From Candidatus Omnitrophota bacterium (lineage in GTDB: Bacteria; Omnitrophota; Gorgyraeia; 1-14-0-20-64-10): a stretch of 40,607 nt of DNA. The notes under the pieces are model-generated. The model searched no databases. It was given only the letters and a program-made list of their open reading frames with translations, and was not told the origin of the DNA. Position numbers and translations under genes: made by a program. This document shows, piece by piece, positions 30,739 to 39,976 of the stretch. The DNA lies in contig JACPXR010000043.1 of assembly GCA_016196465.1 (NCBI GenBank), forward strand, positions 1-40,607, read 5' to 3'. Position 1 is the stretch's first letter. Every line of letters starts with the position of its first letter.

Positions 30739-31838
30739 CCCTCCCCACCCTGGCGGCGGCAGCGGCGCTCCTTTTGCTGGGGGGGATCCTCTGGTTTCTC
30801 TGGAAACTGGTCCGCTCCCCCCTGCCTCTTCAGATGCAGGAAGCCCTCGAAAAGAAAGAGCAGCAGAAGCTCCTCGCTCTCAAGGAGGAATGGTCGAAGC
30901 GGTTGTCAGAGGAGATCAAGAACGTTTGGCAGCAGATGCAGGGCCAGGTCCAGACGACCGAGAAGTCGGTCAGCCAGAAGCTCCAGCAGGCCAACGACAC
31001 GGTGGCGGGCCTGACCCGGGAGCTGGGGAAGCTCCAGGAGGCCACGAAGAAGGTGGAGGAGGTGGGCCGGGGGGTCGTCTCGTTTCAGGACCTGCTGCGC
31101 TCTCCCAAGATGCGGGGCGGCTTCGGCGAGTTTTTCCTGGCCGACTTGCTCTCTCAGATCCTGCCGGCCGACTTCTACTCCCTTCAGTACGAATTCTCCG
31201 ACGGCGAAAGGGTGGACGCGGTGATCCGCCTCCGGGAGAAGCTCGTTCCGGTGGATTCGAAGTTTCCGCTGGATCAGTTCCGGCGGATGGGAGAGGCGGC
31301 GACCGACGAGGAACGGGCCGAGTGGAGACGGCTCCTTCTGCGGGACGTCCGCCAGCACATCGACTCGATCGCCCAGAAGTACATCCGCCCCTCCGAGGGG
31401 ACCTTTGATTTCGCACTCATGTACATCCCGGCGGAGAACGTCTATTACGAGACGGTGATCAAGGACGACGGCACGAGCGACGAGCGGGGGGTGTTCCTCC
31501 ACGCGGTGAAAAGGCAGGTGATCCCCGTTTCCCCGAACAGTTTTTACGCGTACCTCCAAGTGATTCTTCAGGGCCTCAGGGGGCTTTCGGTGGAACAGCG
31601 GTCCAAGGAGATCTTGGGCGTCCTGATAAAGCTCCAGAAGGAGCTTGTGGCGGTGCGGGAAGATTTCGACAAGGCAGGCAAGCAGCTAGGGTTCGCCGTG
31701 GAAAACTTTGAGAAGGCGGAAAAACATCTGGGCCGTTTCGAGGACCGGCTGACCTCGATCGAGACCCCGATCGAATCGGCGAAGAAGCCCCCCGTCCTCG
31801 AACAGCCTTCCGAAAAGGAGGTCAGGAGCGTCTCATGA
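30735..31838 (+). CDS. rmuC: DNA recombination protein RmuC
   Basis: An N-terminal TM helix and a coiled coil are followed by the RmuC core: RGGFGEFFLADLL, ERVDAVIRL and LVPVDSKFPLD. Confidence 0.85.
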   Translation: MTLPTLAAAAALLLLGGILWFLWKLVRSPLPLQMQEALEKKEQQKLLALKEEWSKRLSEEIKNVWQQMQGQVQTTEKSVSQKLQQANDTVAGLTRELGKLQEATKKVEEVGRGVVSFQDLLRSPKMRGGFGEFFLADLLSQILPADFYSLQYEFSDGERVDAVIRLREKLVPVDSKFPLDQFRRMGEAATDEERAEWRRLLLRDVRQHIDSIAQKYIRPSEGTFDFALMYIPAENVYYETVIKDDGTSDERGVFLHAVKRQVIPVSPNSFYAYLQVILQGLRGLSVEQRSKEILGVLIKLQKELVAVREDFDKAGKQLGFAVENFEKAEKHLGRFEDRLTSIETPIESAKKPPVLEQPSEKEVRSVS

Positions 31839-32014
31839 TCGACAAGGAGCTTTTGGAGATTCTCGCTTGCCCTGCCTGCAAGGGGCCGGTCCGGGAAGAG
31901 GGGGATCGGATCGTCTGCACGGCGGGTTCCTGCGGCCTTCGCTACCCCGTCCGGGAGGGGATTCCCGTCATGCTGATTGAAGAGGCGGAGAAACCTTCCT
32001 CGCCTGGAAGATGA
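31835..32014 (+). CDS. Trm112/YcaR (UPF0434) family small zinc-ribbon protein
   Basis: The 59-aa ORF is [52 protein letters not shown]... It has ATGA overlaps with rmuC and aroQ and is not in the ORF track. Confidence 0.85.
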   Translation: MIDKELLEILACPACKGPVREEGDRIVCTAGSCGLRYPVREGIPVMLIEEAEKPSSPGR

Positions 32015-32463
32015 AGCGAATCCTGGTTATCCACGGGCCGAACCTGCAGCTTCTCGGAGAGAGGAACCCCACCGTGTACGGCCGGGTGAGCCTGAAGGCG
32101 ATCGATCAGTCCCTCCGGGCCCAGGCGAGGAGGCTGAAGCTCCAGCTCGAATTTCTCCAGTCCAACCATGAGGGGGAGTTGGTCGAGGCGATCGGCTCGG
32201 CCAAGGGCCGCTGTGAGGGGATCCTGATCAATCCGGCTGCCTACACCCACACGTCGGTGGCGATTCGGGACGCCTTGGAGGCGGCCGGCCTTCCGGCGGT
32301 GGAGGTCCACTTAAGCAACATCTACGCACGGGAGCCGTTCCGCCACAAGTCTCTCATGGCGCCGGTGGTTTCGGGCCAGATCGCCGGCTTCGGTCCTCAG
32401 AGCTACCTTCTCGGGCTTTCGGCCCTGGCCGGGTTGTTGACGAGCCCGCGGGGCAAACGCTAG
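32011..32463 (+). CDS. aroQ: Type II 3-dehydroquinate dehydratase
   Basis: Motifs: [32 protein letters not shown] and EVHLSNI. Confidence 0.93.
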   Translation: MKRILVIHGPNLQLLGERNPTVYGRVSLKAIDQSLRAQARRLKLQLEFLQSNHEGELVEAIGSAKGRCEGILINPAAYTHTSVAIRDALEAAGLPAVEVHLSNIYAREPFRHKSLMAPVVSGQIAGFGPQSYLLGLSALAGLLTSPRGKR

Positions 32464-32473
32464 AATATCTCTC

Positions 32474-33031
32474 ATGATTTCGACGAACCAGTTCAAAACC
32501 GGGATGAGCCTCCTCTTTGACGGGGAGCTGTATCTCATCGAGGAGTTCCAGCACGTCAAGCCGGGGAAGGGGGCTGCCTTTGTCCGGACGAAGCTCCGGT
32601 CGATCAAGACCGGCAACCTCCTCAGCCGCACCTTCGACGCCGGGGAAAAGTTCCAGGAGGCCTTCATCGAGAAGAAGTCCATGCAGTTCCAGTATCGCTC
32701 CGGCGAGGATCTCCACTTCATGGACACCCAGACCTACGAGTCCCTCGCCTTCTCCGCTTCCCAGCTCGGGGATGCGGCCAACTACCTGATGGAAAACCTC
32801 GAGGTCCGGGGTGAGTTTTATGAGGGCCGCCTGATCGGCGTGGAGCTTCCGACGACGGTGGTCTTGAAGATCACCGATTCGGATCCCGGCCTCCGGGGGG
32901 ATACCTCCAAGGCGGCGATGAAGCCCGCTGTCCTGGAAACCGGCCTGAAGATCCAGGTCCCTCTTTTCATCGAGCGGGGGGAGTCGATCAAGGTCGATAC
33001 CCGCACCGGGGAATACGCCGGGCGCGCTTAA
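32474..33031 (+). CDS. efp: Translation elongation factor P
   Basis: ISTNQFKTGMSLLFDGELY and the loop KPGKGAAFVRTKLRS are present. Confidence 0.93.
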   Translation: MISTNQFKTGMSLLFDGELYLIEEFQHVKPGKGAAFVRTKLRSIKTGNLLSRTFDAGEKFQEAFIEKKSMQFQYRSGEDLHFMDTQTYESLAFSASQLGDAANYLMENLEVRGEFYEGRLIGVELPTTVVLKITDSDPGLRGDTSKAAMKPAVLETGLKIQVPLFIERGESIKVDTRTGEYAGRA

Positions 33032-33055
33032 AACTCCAAAGGGAAGGAGTTTCCA

Positions 33056-33499
33056 TTGAACCTGAAAGAGTTGAAAGAGCTGCTTTCCTTGATGAACGAG
33101 AACGACCTCGTCGAGGTCGAGCTGGAGCGAGAGGGGATGAAGATCCGCCTGCGCAAGGCCGGGGCCGGTGGCAATCAAAGCATTGTGGTGGAGCATACCG
33201 CCCTGGCTCAGCCCCCATCCAGCGTCCCAGGATCCGCTCCCGCCCAGCCGAAGCCGGCCGGCCTGGAGATCAAGTCTCCGATGGTGGGGACCTTCTACCG
33301 GGCGCCGGCCCCTGAGGCGCCCCCCTTCGTGGAGGTCGGGCAGATGATCGAGGTGGGCCAGGTCCTCTGCATCATCGAAGCGATGAAGCTGATGAATGAG
33401 ATCAAGTCGGAGGTGAAGGGAAGGGTCGTCCAGATCCTCGTCGAGAACGCCCAGCCGATCGAGTTCGGCCAGGTTCTCTTTCTCGTGGAGACGGACTGA
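33056..33499 (+). CDS. accB: Acetyl-CoA carboxylase biotin carboxyl carrier protein
   Basis: The biotinylation motif IIEAMKLMNEI is present, with a Pro/Ala linker. The start is TTG, preceded by AAGGAG. Confidence 0.92.
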   Translation: MNLKELKELLSLMNENDLVEVELEREGMKIRLRKAGAGGNQSIVVEHTALAQPPSSVPGSAPAQPKPAGLEIKSPMVGTFYRAPAPEAPPFVEVGQMIEVGQVLCIIEAMKLMNEIKSEVKGRVVQILVENAQPIEFGQVLFLVETD

Positions 33500-33514
33500 G
33501 GGGGGTGATTCGCC

Positions 33515-34888
33515 ATGTTTTCTAAAATCCTCATTGCCAACCGCGGCGAGATCGCCGTCCGGATCATCCGGGCCTGCAAGGAGTTGGGGATCCGGACTGT
33601 CGCCGTCTACTCCGAGGCGGATTTGGATTCGCTCCATGTCCGCCTGGCCGACGAAGCGGTCTGCATCGGGGCGGCCCCCAGCGCGGGAAGCTACCGGAAC
33701 ATTCCGGCCCTCATCTCCGCCGCGGAGATCACCGACGTCGAGGCGATCCACCCGGGCTACGGCTTTCTCTCGGAGAACGCCCATTTCGCCGAGATCTGCG
33801 AGTCCTGCAAGATCCTCTTCATCGGCCCCAGTCCCGAAGCGATCCAGATGATGGGAGACAAGATCGAAGCGAAGAAGATGATGGGAAAAGCGGGGATCCC
33901 CCTGATCCCCGGCTCGCCGGGTCCGGTGGCCTCGAAGGAGGAAGCGCTCAAGGTGGCCAAAGAGATCCACTATCCCGTGATCATCAAGGCGGCCGCAGGC
34001 GGGGGAGGCAAGGGGATGCGGGTGGCCCACAACGACGTGCGCCTGATCAGTGCCCTCATGACCGCCCAAGCGGAGGCGGAGGCGGCCTTCGGAATTCCGG
34101 ATGTCTACATCGAAAAGTACATCGACCGGCCGCGCCACGTCGAGATCCAAGTCATCGGCGATTCCCAGGGCCGCGTGGTGAGCTTGGGCGAGCGGGACTG
34201 TTCCATCCAGCGAAGGCACCAGAAGCTCCTCGAGGAATCCCCCTCCCCGGTCGTTGACTCGAAGATGAGGAAGCGCATGGGGGAGGCAGCGGTCCGGGGG
34301 GCCAGGGGGGTTGACTACACCTCGCTGGGGACCATCGAGTTTCTCGTGGACTCCCAGGGGAATTTTTACTTCATGGAGATGAACACCCGGGTCCAGGTGG
34401 AGCATCCAGTCACCGAAGCGGTGACCGGGATCGACCTCATCAAGGAGCAGATCCGGATCGCCTCGGGGGAGCGGCTCTCCTTCGGCCAGGAGGACGTCCG
34501 TTTTTCCGGCCATGCCATTGAGTGCCGGATCAACGCCGAAGATCCCGAGAACGATTTTCTCCCCTGTCCCGGCGAGGTGAAGGGGTACCTGCCCCCCGGG
34601 GGCCCCAATGTCCGGGTCGATTCCCACCTGTACGCGGGCTACCGGGTTCCCCCCCACTACGATTCCCTGTTGGCCAAGGTCATCGCGCACGGCCGCACCC
34701 GCCGGGAGGCGATCGCGACGATGCGCCGGGCGCTGGAAGAGATGGTCGTTGAGCCGGTCAAGACGACGATTCCTTTTCACCGGAAAGTCCTCAACGACCC
34801 GGCCTTCCTCGAGGGAAAGTACTCCACCGATTACGTGGAGCGGATGAGCGGGGCCCGCAAGGAGGCTGTGGAATTGATGGGAGTCTGA
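33515..34888 (+). CDS. accC: Acetyl-CoA carboxylase biotin carboxylase subunit
   Basis: Motifs: [33 protein letters not shown] and [15 protein letters not shown]. Confidence 0.95.
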   Translation: MFSKILIANRGEIAVRIIRACKELGIRTVAVYSEADLDSLHVRLADEAVCIGAAPSAGSYRNIPALISAAEITDVEAIHPGYGFLSENAHFAEICESCKILFIGPSPEAIQMMGDKIEAKKMMGKAGIPLIPGSPGPVASKEEALKVAKEIHYPVIIKAAAGGGGKGMRVAHNDVRLISALMTAQAEAEAAFGIPDVYIEKYIDRPRHVEIQVIGDSQGRVVSLGERDCSIQRRHQKLLEESPSPVVDSKMRKRMGEAAVRGARGVDYTSLGTIEFLVDSQGNFYFMEMNTRVQVEHPVTEAVTGIDLIKEQIRIASGERLSFGQEDVRFSGHAIECRINAEDPENDFLPCPGEVKGYLPPGGPNVRVDSHLYAGYRVPPHYDSLLAKVIAHGRTRREAIATMRRALEEMVVEPVKTTIPFHRKVLNDPAFLEGKYSTDYVERMSGARKEAVELMGV

Positions 34889-34890
34889 CG

Positions 34891-35229
34891 ATGAGTTCAA
34901 AGACCGATCTGGGAACTGTTCAGATCCGGAATGAGGTGATCGGCACCATCGCCTCACTCGCCGCCCAGGAGGTGGAGGGGGTGGTGGGGGTTTGGCGGTG
35001 GTGGCCTCCCTTGGGCGGCTGGCTGGGGGCAAGCGGCGTTCGGGTCGATGCGCAAAACGGAGAAGTCCGCCTGTGGCTTGTCCTGGTGGTGGAATATGGG
35101 GTCTCTCTCCCTCAGGTCGCCTCCCACGTGCAGGACCGGGTGAGGGAAATGGTCGAGCGGATGACCCACCTGACCGCCGTCGAGGTGAATGTCAGTATTC
35201 ATCATGTCAAACCCACGAAACGGAGTTGA
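34891..35229 (+). CDS. Asp23/Gls24-family envelope stress protein
   Basis: GTVQIRNEVIGTIASLAAQEVEGVVG is the typical Asp23 N-terminal block. Confidence 0.8.
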   Translation: MSSKTDLGTVQIRNEVIGTIASLAAQEVEGVVGVWRWWPPLGGWLGASGVRVDAQNGEVRLWLVLVVEYGVSLPQVASHVQDRVREMVERMTHLTAVEVNVSIHHVKPTKRS

Positions 35230-35238
35230 GGTGTCGCG

Positions 35239-35835
35239 ATGAAACTTTTTACCTGGATCATCATGGGCTGCTACATGCTGTTGTTTACCTTTCTCGGGGT
35301 GATCCTGATCTGGTTTGCCATGCAGTGGCTTCCCGTGGAAGGGGCGATCGTCTGGCTTGGGCGGGTGTACGGGGAGCGGAACCTGCGCCTCGCCTGCTTC
35401 CTCACCGGGGCGGGACTGATCTTGATCAACTGGATGATTGTCCAGCTGACCCTGGCCAAGCTCCAGCGGCAGAAGATCATCGCCTTTGAGAATCCGGACG
35501 GCCAGGTGACCGTTTCCCTTTCGGCGATCGAGGATTTCATCCGGCGTTCGGCCCGGGAGCTTCCCGAGGTGAAGAAGCTCCGCTCCGACGTCATCGCCGG
35601 CAAGGGCCGGATCCTCGTCCGGGTGCGGGTGACCCTCTGGTCCGAGGCCCACATCCCCGAGGCGACGGAGCGGATTCAGTCGCTGGTGAGATCCCGCGTG
35701 GCGGAGATGCTCTCCGGCATTGAGGAGCCGATCCAGGTCCGGGTCCATGTGGCGGAGATCTCCCACCGAGAGGAAGGGGAGGCGCAGCCCCCCCGGCGCG
35801 AGGAGAAGATCCACGCCCCCTTCCGGGGCTTCTAG
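35239..35835 (+). CDS. Asp23 membrane-anchor protein, AmaP-like
   Basis: Two N-terminal TM helices and the position immediately after an Asp23-family gene support the call. FENPDGQVTVSLSAIEDFI resembles AmaP. Confidence 0.6.
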   Translation: MKLFTWIIMGCYMLLFTFLGVILIWFAMQWLPVEGAIVWLGRVYGERNLRLACFLTGAGLILINWMIVQLTLAKLQRQKIIAFENPDGQVTVSLSAIEDFIRRSARELPEVKKLRSDVIAGKGRILVRVRVTLWSEAHIPEATERIQSLVRSRVAEMLSGIEEPIQVRVHVAEISHREEGEAQPPRREEKIHAPFRGF

Positions 35836-35839
35836 GGCG

Positions 35840-36880
35840 ATGCCCCCCCCGATCCGGCGCATCGGCCTCCTCACCGGCGGCGGAGACTGCCCGGGCTTGA
35901 ACCCCGTCATCCGGGCGGTGGTCCGAAAATCTCTCTCCCTTGATCTCAAGGTGGTGGGGATCCGAAACGGCTGGAAAGGGCTGATCGAGAAAGACACCTT
36001 CCCCATGGACATTCATTCTGTCACCGGCATCCTCCACCGGGGGGGCACCATCCTGGGAACTTCCCGGACGAACCCGTACAAGGATCCGAAGCAGCTGAAG
36101 GCCCTCCAATCGAACGTGCAGGCGCTGGGACTCGAGGCGCTCATCGCCATCGGCGGAGAGGACACCCTGGGGGTGGCCCTCAGGCTGCACGAGGAGGGCC
36201 TCAAGGTGATCGGAGTTCCCAAGACGATCGACAATGACTTGGCGAATACCGACTACACCTTTGGGTTCGACACCGCCGTCAACATCGCCATGGAATCGAT
36301 CGACCGGCTCCACACGACCGCCGAGAGCCACAACCGGATCATGGTGGTGGAGGTGATGGGCCGGCACGCCGGCTGGATCGCCGTCTACGCCGGGATTGCC
36401 GGGGGGGCCGATTGTATCTTGATTCCGGAGCTCCCCATCCAGGTGGATGAGGTCTGCGCGGCCATCCAGCGGCGCCATGCCAGAGGCAGGAACTTTTCGA
36501 TCGTGGTGGTGGCCGAGGGGGCCGAGTTTGCCGCGGGGCAGACGACGATCCAGGACAAACGATTGGATGAATTCGGGCACGTCCGTCTGGGTGGCATCGG
36601 CGACACCTTGGGGAAGCTCATTGAGGAGAAAACCGGGTTTGAAACCCGCGTCACCGTCTTGGGGCACGTGCAAAGGGGCGGTACCCCCACCGCCTTTGAC
36701 CGGGTGCTGGGGACCCGCTTCGGGGTCAAGGCGGTGGAGCTGGTGCTGAAGGGGGAGTTCGGAAAGATGGTTTCTCTCCAGGGCAACGCGATCGTTTCCG
36801 TTCCCATTGAATCGGCGGTCAAGAAGCTCAAAACCGTCGATACGGAACTCTACGAAATTGCCAAAATCTTCTTCGGCTGA
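35840..36880 (+). CDS. pfkA: 6-phosphofructokinase
   Basis: ATG 35840 gives MPPPIRRIGLLTGGGDCPGLN. Further motifs are IGGEDTL, PKTIDNDL and MGRHAGWIA. The upstream part of the 386-aa ORF overlaps the previous gene. Confidence 0.9.
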   Translation: MPPPIRRIGLLTGGGDCPGLNPVIRAVVRKSLSLDLKVVGIRNGWKGLIEKDTFPMDIHSVTGILHRGGTILGTSRTNPYKDPKQLKALQSNVQALGLEALIAIGGEDTLGVALRLHEEGLKVIGVPKTIDNDLANTDYTFGFDTAVNIAMESIDRLHTTAESHNRIMVVEVMGRHAGWIAVYAGIAGGADCILIPELPIQVDEVCAAIQRRHARGRNFSIVVVAEGAEFAAGQTTIQDKRLDEFGHVRLGGIGDTLGKLIEEKTGFETRVTVLGHVQRGGTPTAFDRVLGTRFGVKAVELVLKGEFGKMVSLQGNAIVSVPIESAVKKLKTVDTELYEIAKIFFG

Positions 36881-37460
36881 TCCCTCCCTCTCCGGACGGA
36901 TCCAGGAGCATCTTGCTGAGAGCATCCGGACCAAGGAGAAGGTCCTCCAGACCCTTGTTCCCTCCATCGAACGGGCGGCCCGCCTCCTGATCGAGGCCCT
37001 GGAAGCGGGGAACAAGATCCTCCTTTTCGGAAACGGCGGTTCGGCGGCCGACAGCCAGCACATCGCGGCGGAGCTGGTGGGCAAGCTTCAGGTCAAGCGC
37101 CGCGCCCTGCCGGCCATCGCCCTGACCACCGACACTTCCAACCTCACGGCTCTGGGAAACGACTTCGGCTACGAGGCGGTGTTTCAGCGCCAGGTGGAGG
37201 CGCTGGGGAGGAAAGGGGACGTCGCCATCGGCATCTCGACGAGCGGCTCCTCCCCCAACGTTCTGGCCGCCATCCGGACGGCCCGAAGCTTAGGGTTAAA
37301 GACCCTGGCCCTGACCGGCCGGGCCGGCGGCTCCTTGAAGGAGATGGTCGATCTTTCCCTCACGATCCCCTCTGAGTCCACCCAGCGGATTCAGGAAGCC
37401 CACATCACCATCGCCCACATCCTCTGCGAGTTGATTGAAGACCACTTCGCCAACTCCTAA
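36858..37460 (+). CDS. gmhA: D-sedoheptulose-7-phosphate isomerase (SIS domain)
   Basis: Motifs LLFGNGGSAADSQHIAAE and GISTSGSSPNV are present. The only canonical starts are TTG 36858 (23-nt overlap with pfk) and TTG 36807 (74-nt overlap), so the start is uncertain. Confidence 0.85.
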   Translation: MPKSSSADPSLSGRIQEHLAESIRTKEKVLQTLVPSIERAARLLIEALEAGNKILLFGNGGSAADSQHIAAELVGKLQVKRRALPAIALTTDTSNLTALGNDFGYEAVFQRQVEALGRKGDVAIGISTSGSSPNVLAAIRTARSLGLKTLALTGRAGGSLKEMVDLSLTIPSESTQRIQEAHITIAHILCELIEDHFANS

Positions 37461-37944
37461 GTCGGCCCTCCTCTCTCTGAAGCGGCTCGCCCGGCTGGTT
37501 CGGGGGCTTCAGAAAGAAGGCAGACGGATCGCCTTCACCAACGGCTGTTTCGATCTCCTCCACGCCGGCCACGTCGATTACCTCCAAAGGATCAAGCGCA
37601 GGGCCGACGTTCTCATCGTTGCGGTGAACTCCGATGCGTCGGTCCGCCGCCTCAAAGGGCCGGGGCGGCCGGTGGTTCCGGCGAGGGAGCGGGCCGCCCT
37701 TGTGGCGGCCTTAAAGCCGGTGGATTATGTGACGATCTTCTCGGAATCGACCCCCCTTGGGGTCATCCGGGCGGTCCGTCCGGATCTCCTCGTCAAGGGA
37801 GCCGACTGGAAGGCCGGGGAGGTGGTCGGCAGGGAAGTGGTCGAGCGCTGCGGGGGAAAGGTGCTCCTCATGCCGTATCTGAAGGGCCATTCCACGACCC
37901 GCCTGATTCAGCGCATTCAGCAGGCAAGACGCCGCCCCGCTTAA
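37435..37944 (+). CDS. hldC: D-glycero-beta-D-manno-heptose-1-phosphate adenylyltransferase (RfaE domain II type)
   Basis: The cytidylyltransferase HxGH motif FTNGCFDLLHAGHVDYL is present. The TTG start overlaps the gmhA end. Confidence 0.85.
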   Translation: MKTTSPTPKSALLSLKRLARLVRGLQKEGRRIAFTNGCFDLLHAGHVDYLQRIKRRADVLIVAVNSDASVRRLKGPGRPVVPARERAALVAALKPVDYVTIFSESTPLGVIRAVRPDLLVKGADWKAGEVVGREVVERCGGKVLLMPYLKGHSTTRLIQRIQQARRRPA

Positions 37945-37953
37945 GAAGGATCC

Positions 37954-38388
37954 TTGATGAAACGGACGAAAGAGCTTTCTTTGTTCCGCATCTTGGATGC
38001 CAACCTCAACCGGGCCAGGGAGGGGTTGAGGGTCTGCGAAGAGGTGGCCCGCCTCGTTCTGGAGGATCCGAAGCTCACCCGCCGTTGCCAGCACCTTCGA
38101 TACAATCTGCAGGGGATTGCCCTCGATTTGAGCCGCTGCTTGACCCATCCGCGGTTTCTCGAAGCGCGGGATACGCACGGGGATGTGGGCCGACCTTCCG
38201 AGCGGGGAATTGCCCGCGCACATCGAGACTATCGGGATGTCGTTTCCGCCAACTCCAAGCGGACGGAGGAGGCCTTGAGGGTTCTGGAGGAATTCACGCG
38301 GTTGAAATCCCCCAAGGTGAGCGGGGCGTTCGGGGCGCTGCGGTTCCGGGCCTATTCCCTTGAGCAGGATCTCCTTTCAAAGCTGTAG
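37954..38388 (+). CDS. Stand-alone homolog of the N-terminal domain that is fused to ThiE in many anaerobes (function unknown)
   Basis: FRILDANLNRAREGLRVCEEVARL and EEALRVLEEFTRL are blocks I remember from N-terminal extensions of long ThiE proteins. The ORF ends 1 nt out of frame from the thiE core. Confidence 0.6.
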   Translation: MMKRTKELSLFRILDANLNRAREGLRVCEEVARLVLEDPKLTRRCQHLRYNLQGIALDLSRCLTHPRFLEARDTHGDVGRPSERGIARAHRDYRDVVSANSKRTEEALRVLEEFTRLKSPKVSGAFGALRFRAYSLEQDLLSKL

Positions 38389-38989
38389 GCTTTACTGCAT
38401 CGTGGACCGAGGGGTCCTCCAGGGGAGGGACCCTCTTGAAGTGGCCGAGGCCGCTATTCAGGGAGGGGCCGATTGCATCCAATGGCGGGATAAGAGCGCT
38501 CCCGATGGGAAGTTTCTTGCCGCAGCCAGGGAGCTCCGGGAACTGACCCGGCGGCAGGAGACCCTCTTTGTCGTCAACGATCGGGTGGATGTGGCCCTGT
38601 GCGTGGGGGCCGACGCCGTTCATCTGGGGCATGAGGATCTTCCGGTGAAGGAAGCCAGGGGGATGGTGAGAGACCGGATGGCGATCGGCCGGTCCACCCA
38701 TTCCTTGGAGGAGGCCCGGCAGGCGGAGGCCGACGGGGCCGATTACATCGGCGTGGGACCGGTCTTTTCCACTCCCACGAAGCCGGATTATCCTGCGGTG
38801 GGCCTGGAGCTTCTGAAGCAGATGGCTTCAACGATCCGGATTCCGTGGGTGGCGATTGGCGGCATTGACCGCCAGAAGCTTCCTCTGGTATTATCGGCAG
38901 GTGCCTCACGGATCGCTGTGGTCCGGGCGGTGGCAGGGGATCCTGATCCGGCGTCGGCTGCTCGCTTGCTGAAGATGATCCTGAAATGA
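38360..38989 (+). CDS. thiE: Thiamine-phosphate synthase
   Basis: Motifs: LYCIVDR, IQWRDK, VNDRVDVA, GADAVHLGHEDL, GADYIGVGPVFSTPTK and VAIGGI. TTG 38360 is the only start upstream of the conserved core. Confidence 0.88.
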   Translation: MSRISFQSCRLYCIVDRGVLQGRDPLEVAEAAIQGGADCIQWRDKSAPDGKFLAAARELRELTRRQETLFVVNDRVDVALCVGADAVHLGHEDLPVKEARGMVRDRMAIGRSTHSLEEARQAEADGADYIGVGPVFSTPTKPDYPAVGLELLKQMASTIRIPWVAIGGIDRQKLPLVLSAGASRIAVVRAVAGDPDPASAARLLKMILK

Positions 38990-39891
38990 GTCTCCTCATT
39001 GTCGGATCCATTGCCATTGATTCCATCCAAACTCCGTGGGGTGAAGCCGCGGACCTGTTGGGGGGCTCGGCCACCTACGCGGGTTTGGCGGCTCGACTTT
39101 GGACCCCGGTGACCCTCGTGGGGGTGGTGGGGACCGATTTTCCGCCTCGGTATCTCAGGCTCTTTGAGAAATTTCGGATGAACGGCCCTGGCTTGCGCCA
39201 GGTGGAGGGGAAGACCTTCCGCTGGAAGGGCCGGTACAGCCCCTCTCTCGAGGCGACCACCCTCTCTTTGGATCTGGGGGTCTTCAGCGGTTTTCAGCCG
39301 GCCCTGGCTCCGGCGGCGAGAGGGTCCCGGCACGCCTTCTTGGGGAACATCCATCCGGAGATCCAGTGGAGGGTTCTCTCGCAGTTGGTTTCTCCAAAAT
39401 TGACCGCGTGTGATTCCCGGGCGGACTGGATCCAGACGCAAAGGAAGGGCCTCCTGAATCTCCTGAAAAAGGTGGATCTCGTTTTCCTCAATGACGGCGA
39501 GGCGAAGCTCTTGACCGGCGTTCAGAACCTCATTCAGGCGACCCGGATTCTCGCCCGCTTGGGGCCAAAGGTGGCGGTCGTTAAAAAAGGGGAACATGGG
39601 GTGCTGGCGGCGAGCCGCGATTCCTTTTTTTCTCTTCCCGGCTACCCGGTGGCGCGGGTGGTGGATCCGACGGGGGCGGGGGATGCCTTCGCCGGGGCGT
39701 GTCTCGGGTATCTCTCGAAGCAGCGGAAGGTGACCTGGGGGGGCCTCTGTCGGGGGATCCAGTTTGCCTCGGCGGCAGCTTCCATCACCATCGAGGCCTT
39801 CGGCCCAAGGCGGCTCATCCGGTCGACCCTGGCGGATGTGAACCGGCGGGCTCGCGCCTTTCAGATTCTGTCAAGAGCCATTGTCGCCTAG
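38986..39891 (+). CDS. PfkB-family carbohydrate kinase
   Basis: LIVGSIAIDSI...GGSATYAG and the ATP/anion-hole motif DPTGAGDAFAGA are present. The start forms an ATGA overlap with thiE. Confidence 0.8.
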   Translation: MSLLIVGSIAIDSIQTPWGEAADLLGGSATYAGLAARLWTPVTLVGVVGTDFPPRYLRLFEKFRMNGPGLRQVEGKTFRWKGRYSPSLEATTLSLDLGVFSGFQPALAPAARGSRHAFLGNIHPEIQWRVLSQLVSPKLTACDSRADWIQTQRKGLLNLLKKVDLVFLNDGEAKLLTGVQNLIQATRILARLGPKVAVVKKGEHGVLAASRDSFFSLPGYPVARVVDPTGAGDAFAGACLGYLSKQRKVTWGGLCRGIQFASAAASITIEAFGPRRLIRSTLADVNRRARAFQILSRAIVA

Positions 39892-39899
39892 AAGATTCC

Positions 39900-39970
39900 G
39901 CGGGTGTAGTTCAGTGGCAGAATGGAAGCTTCCCAAGCTTCAGATGAGGGTTCGATTCCCTCCACCCGCT
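39900..39970 (+). tRNA. tRNA-Gly (anticodon CCC)
   Basis: The cloverleaf was folded by hand. The acceptor stem is GCGGGUG/CACCCGC and the D stem is GUUC/GAAU. The anticodon stem GAAGC/GCUUC carries the loop UUCCCAA. The T arm is GAGGG-UUCGAUU-CCCUC. CCA is not encoded. Confidence 0.9.
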
Positions 39971-39976
39971 CATGGC

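Noticed and set aside
32354-35032. 892-aa minus-strand ORF covering efp, accB and accC
   Set aside because: It lies antisense to three of the most conserved genes in the window, and its translation shows no motifs.
35591-37084. 497-aa minus-strand ORF antisense to pfk
   Set aside because: It is a shadow ORF. The pfk motifs on the plus strand are unambiguous.
37945-37953. Expected TPP riboswitch upstream of the thiamine genes
   Set aside because: Only 9 nt separate the hldC-like stop from the next ORF. No CUGAGA...ACCUGAUCUGGAUAAUGCCAGCG-type sequence is present anywhere nearby.
38381-38390. prfB-like programmed +1 frameshift at the ThiE-N/thiE junction
   Set aside because: The site reads AAG CUG UAG G. 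Slipping from CUG to UGU gives no re-pairing for the P-site tRNA, and no upstream SD-like stimulator is present. An indel or true gene fission is more likely.
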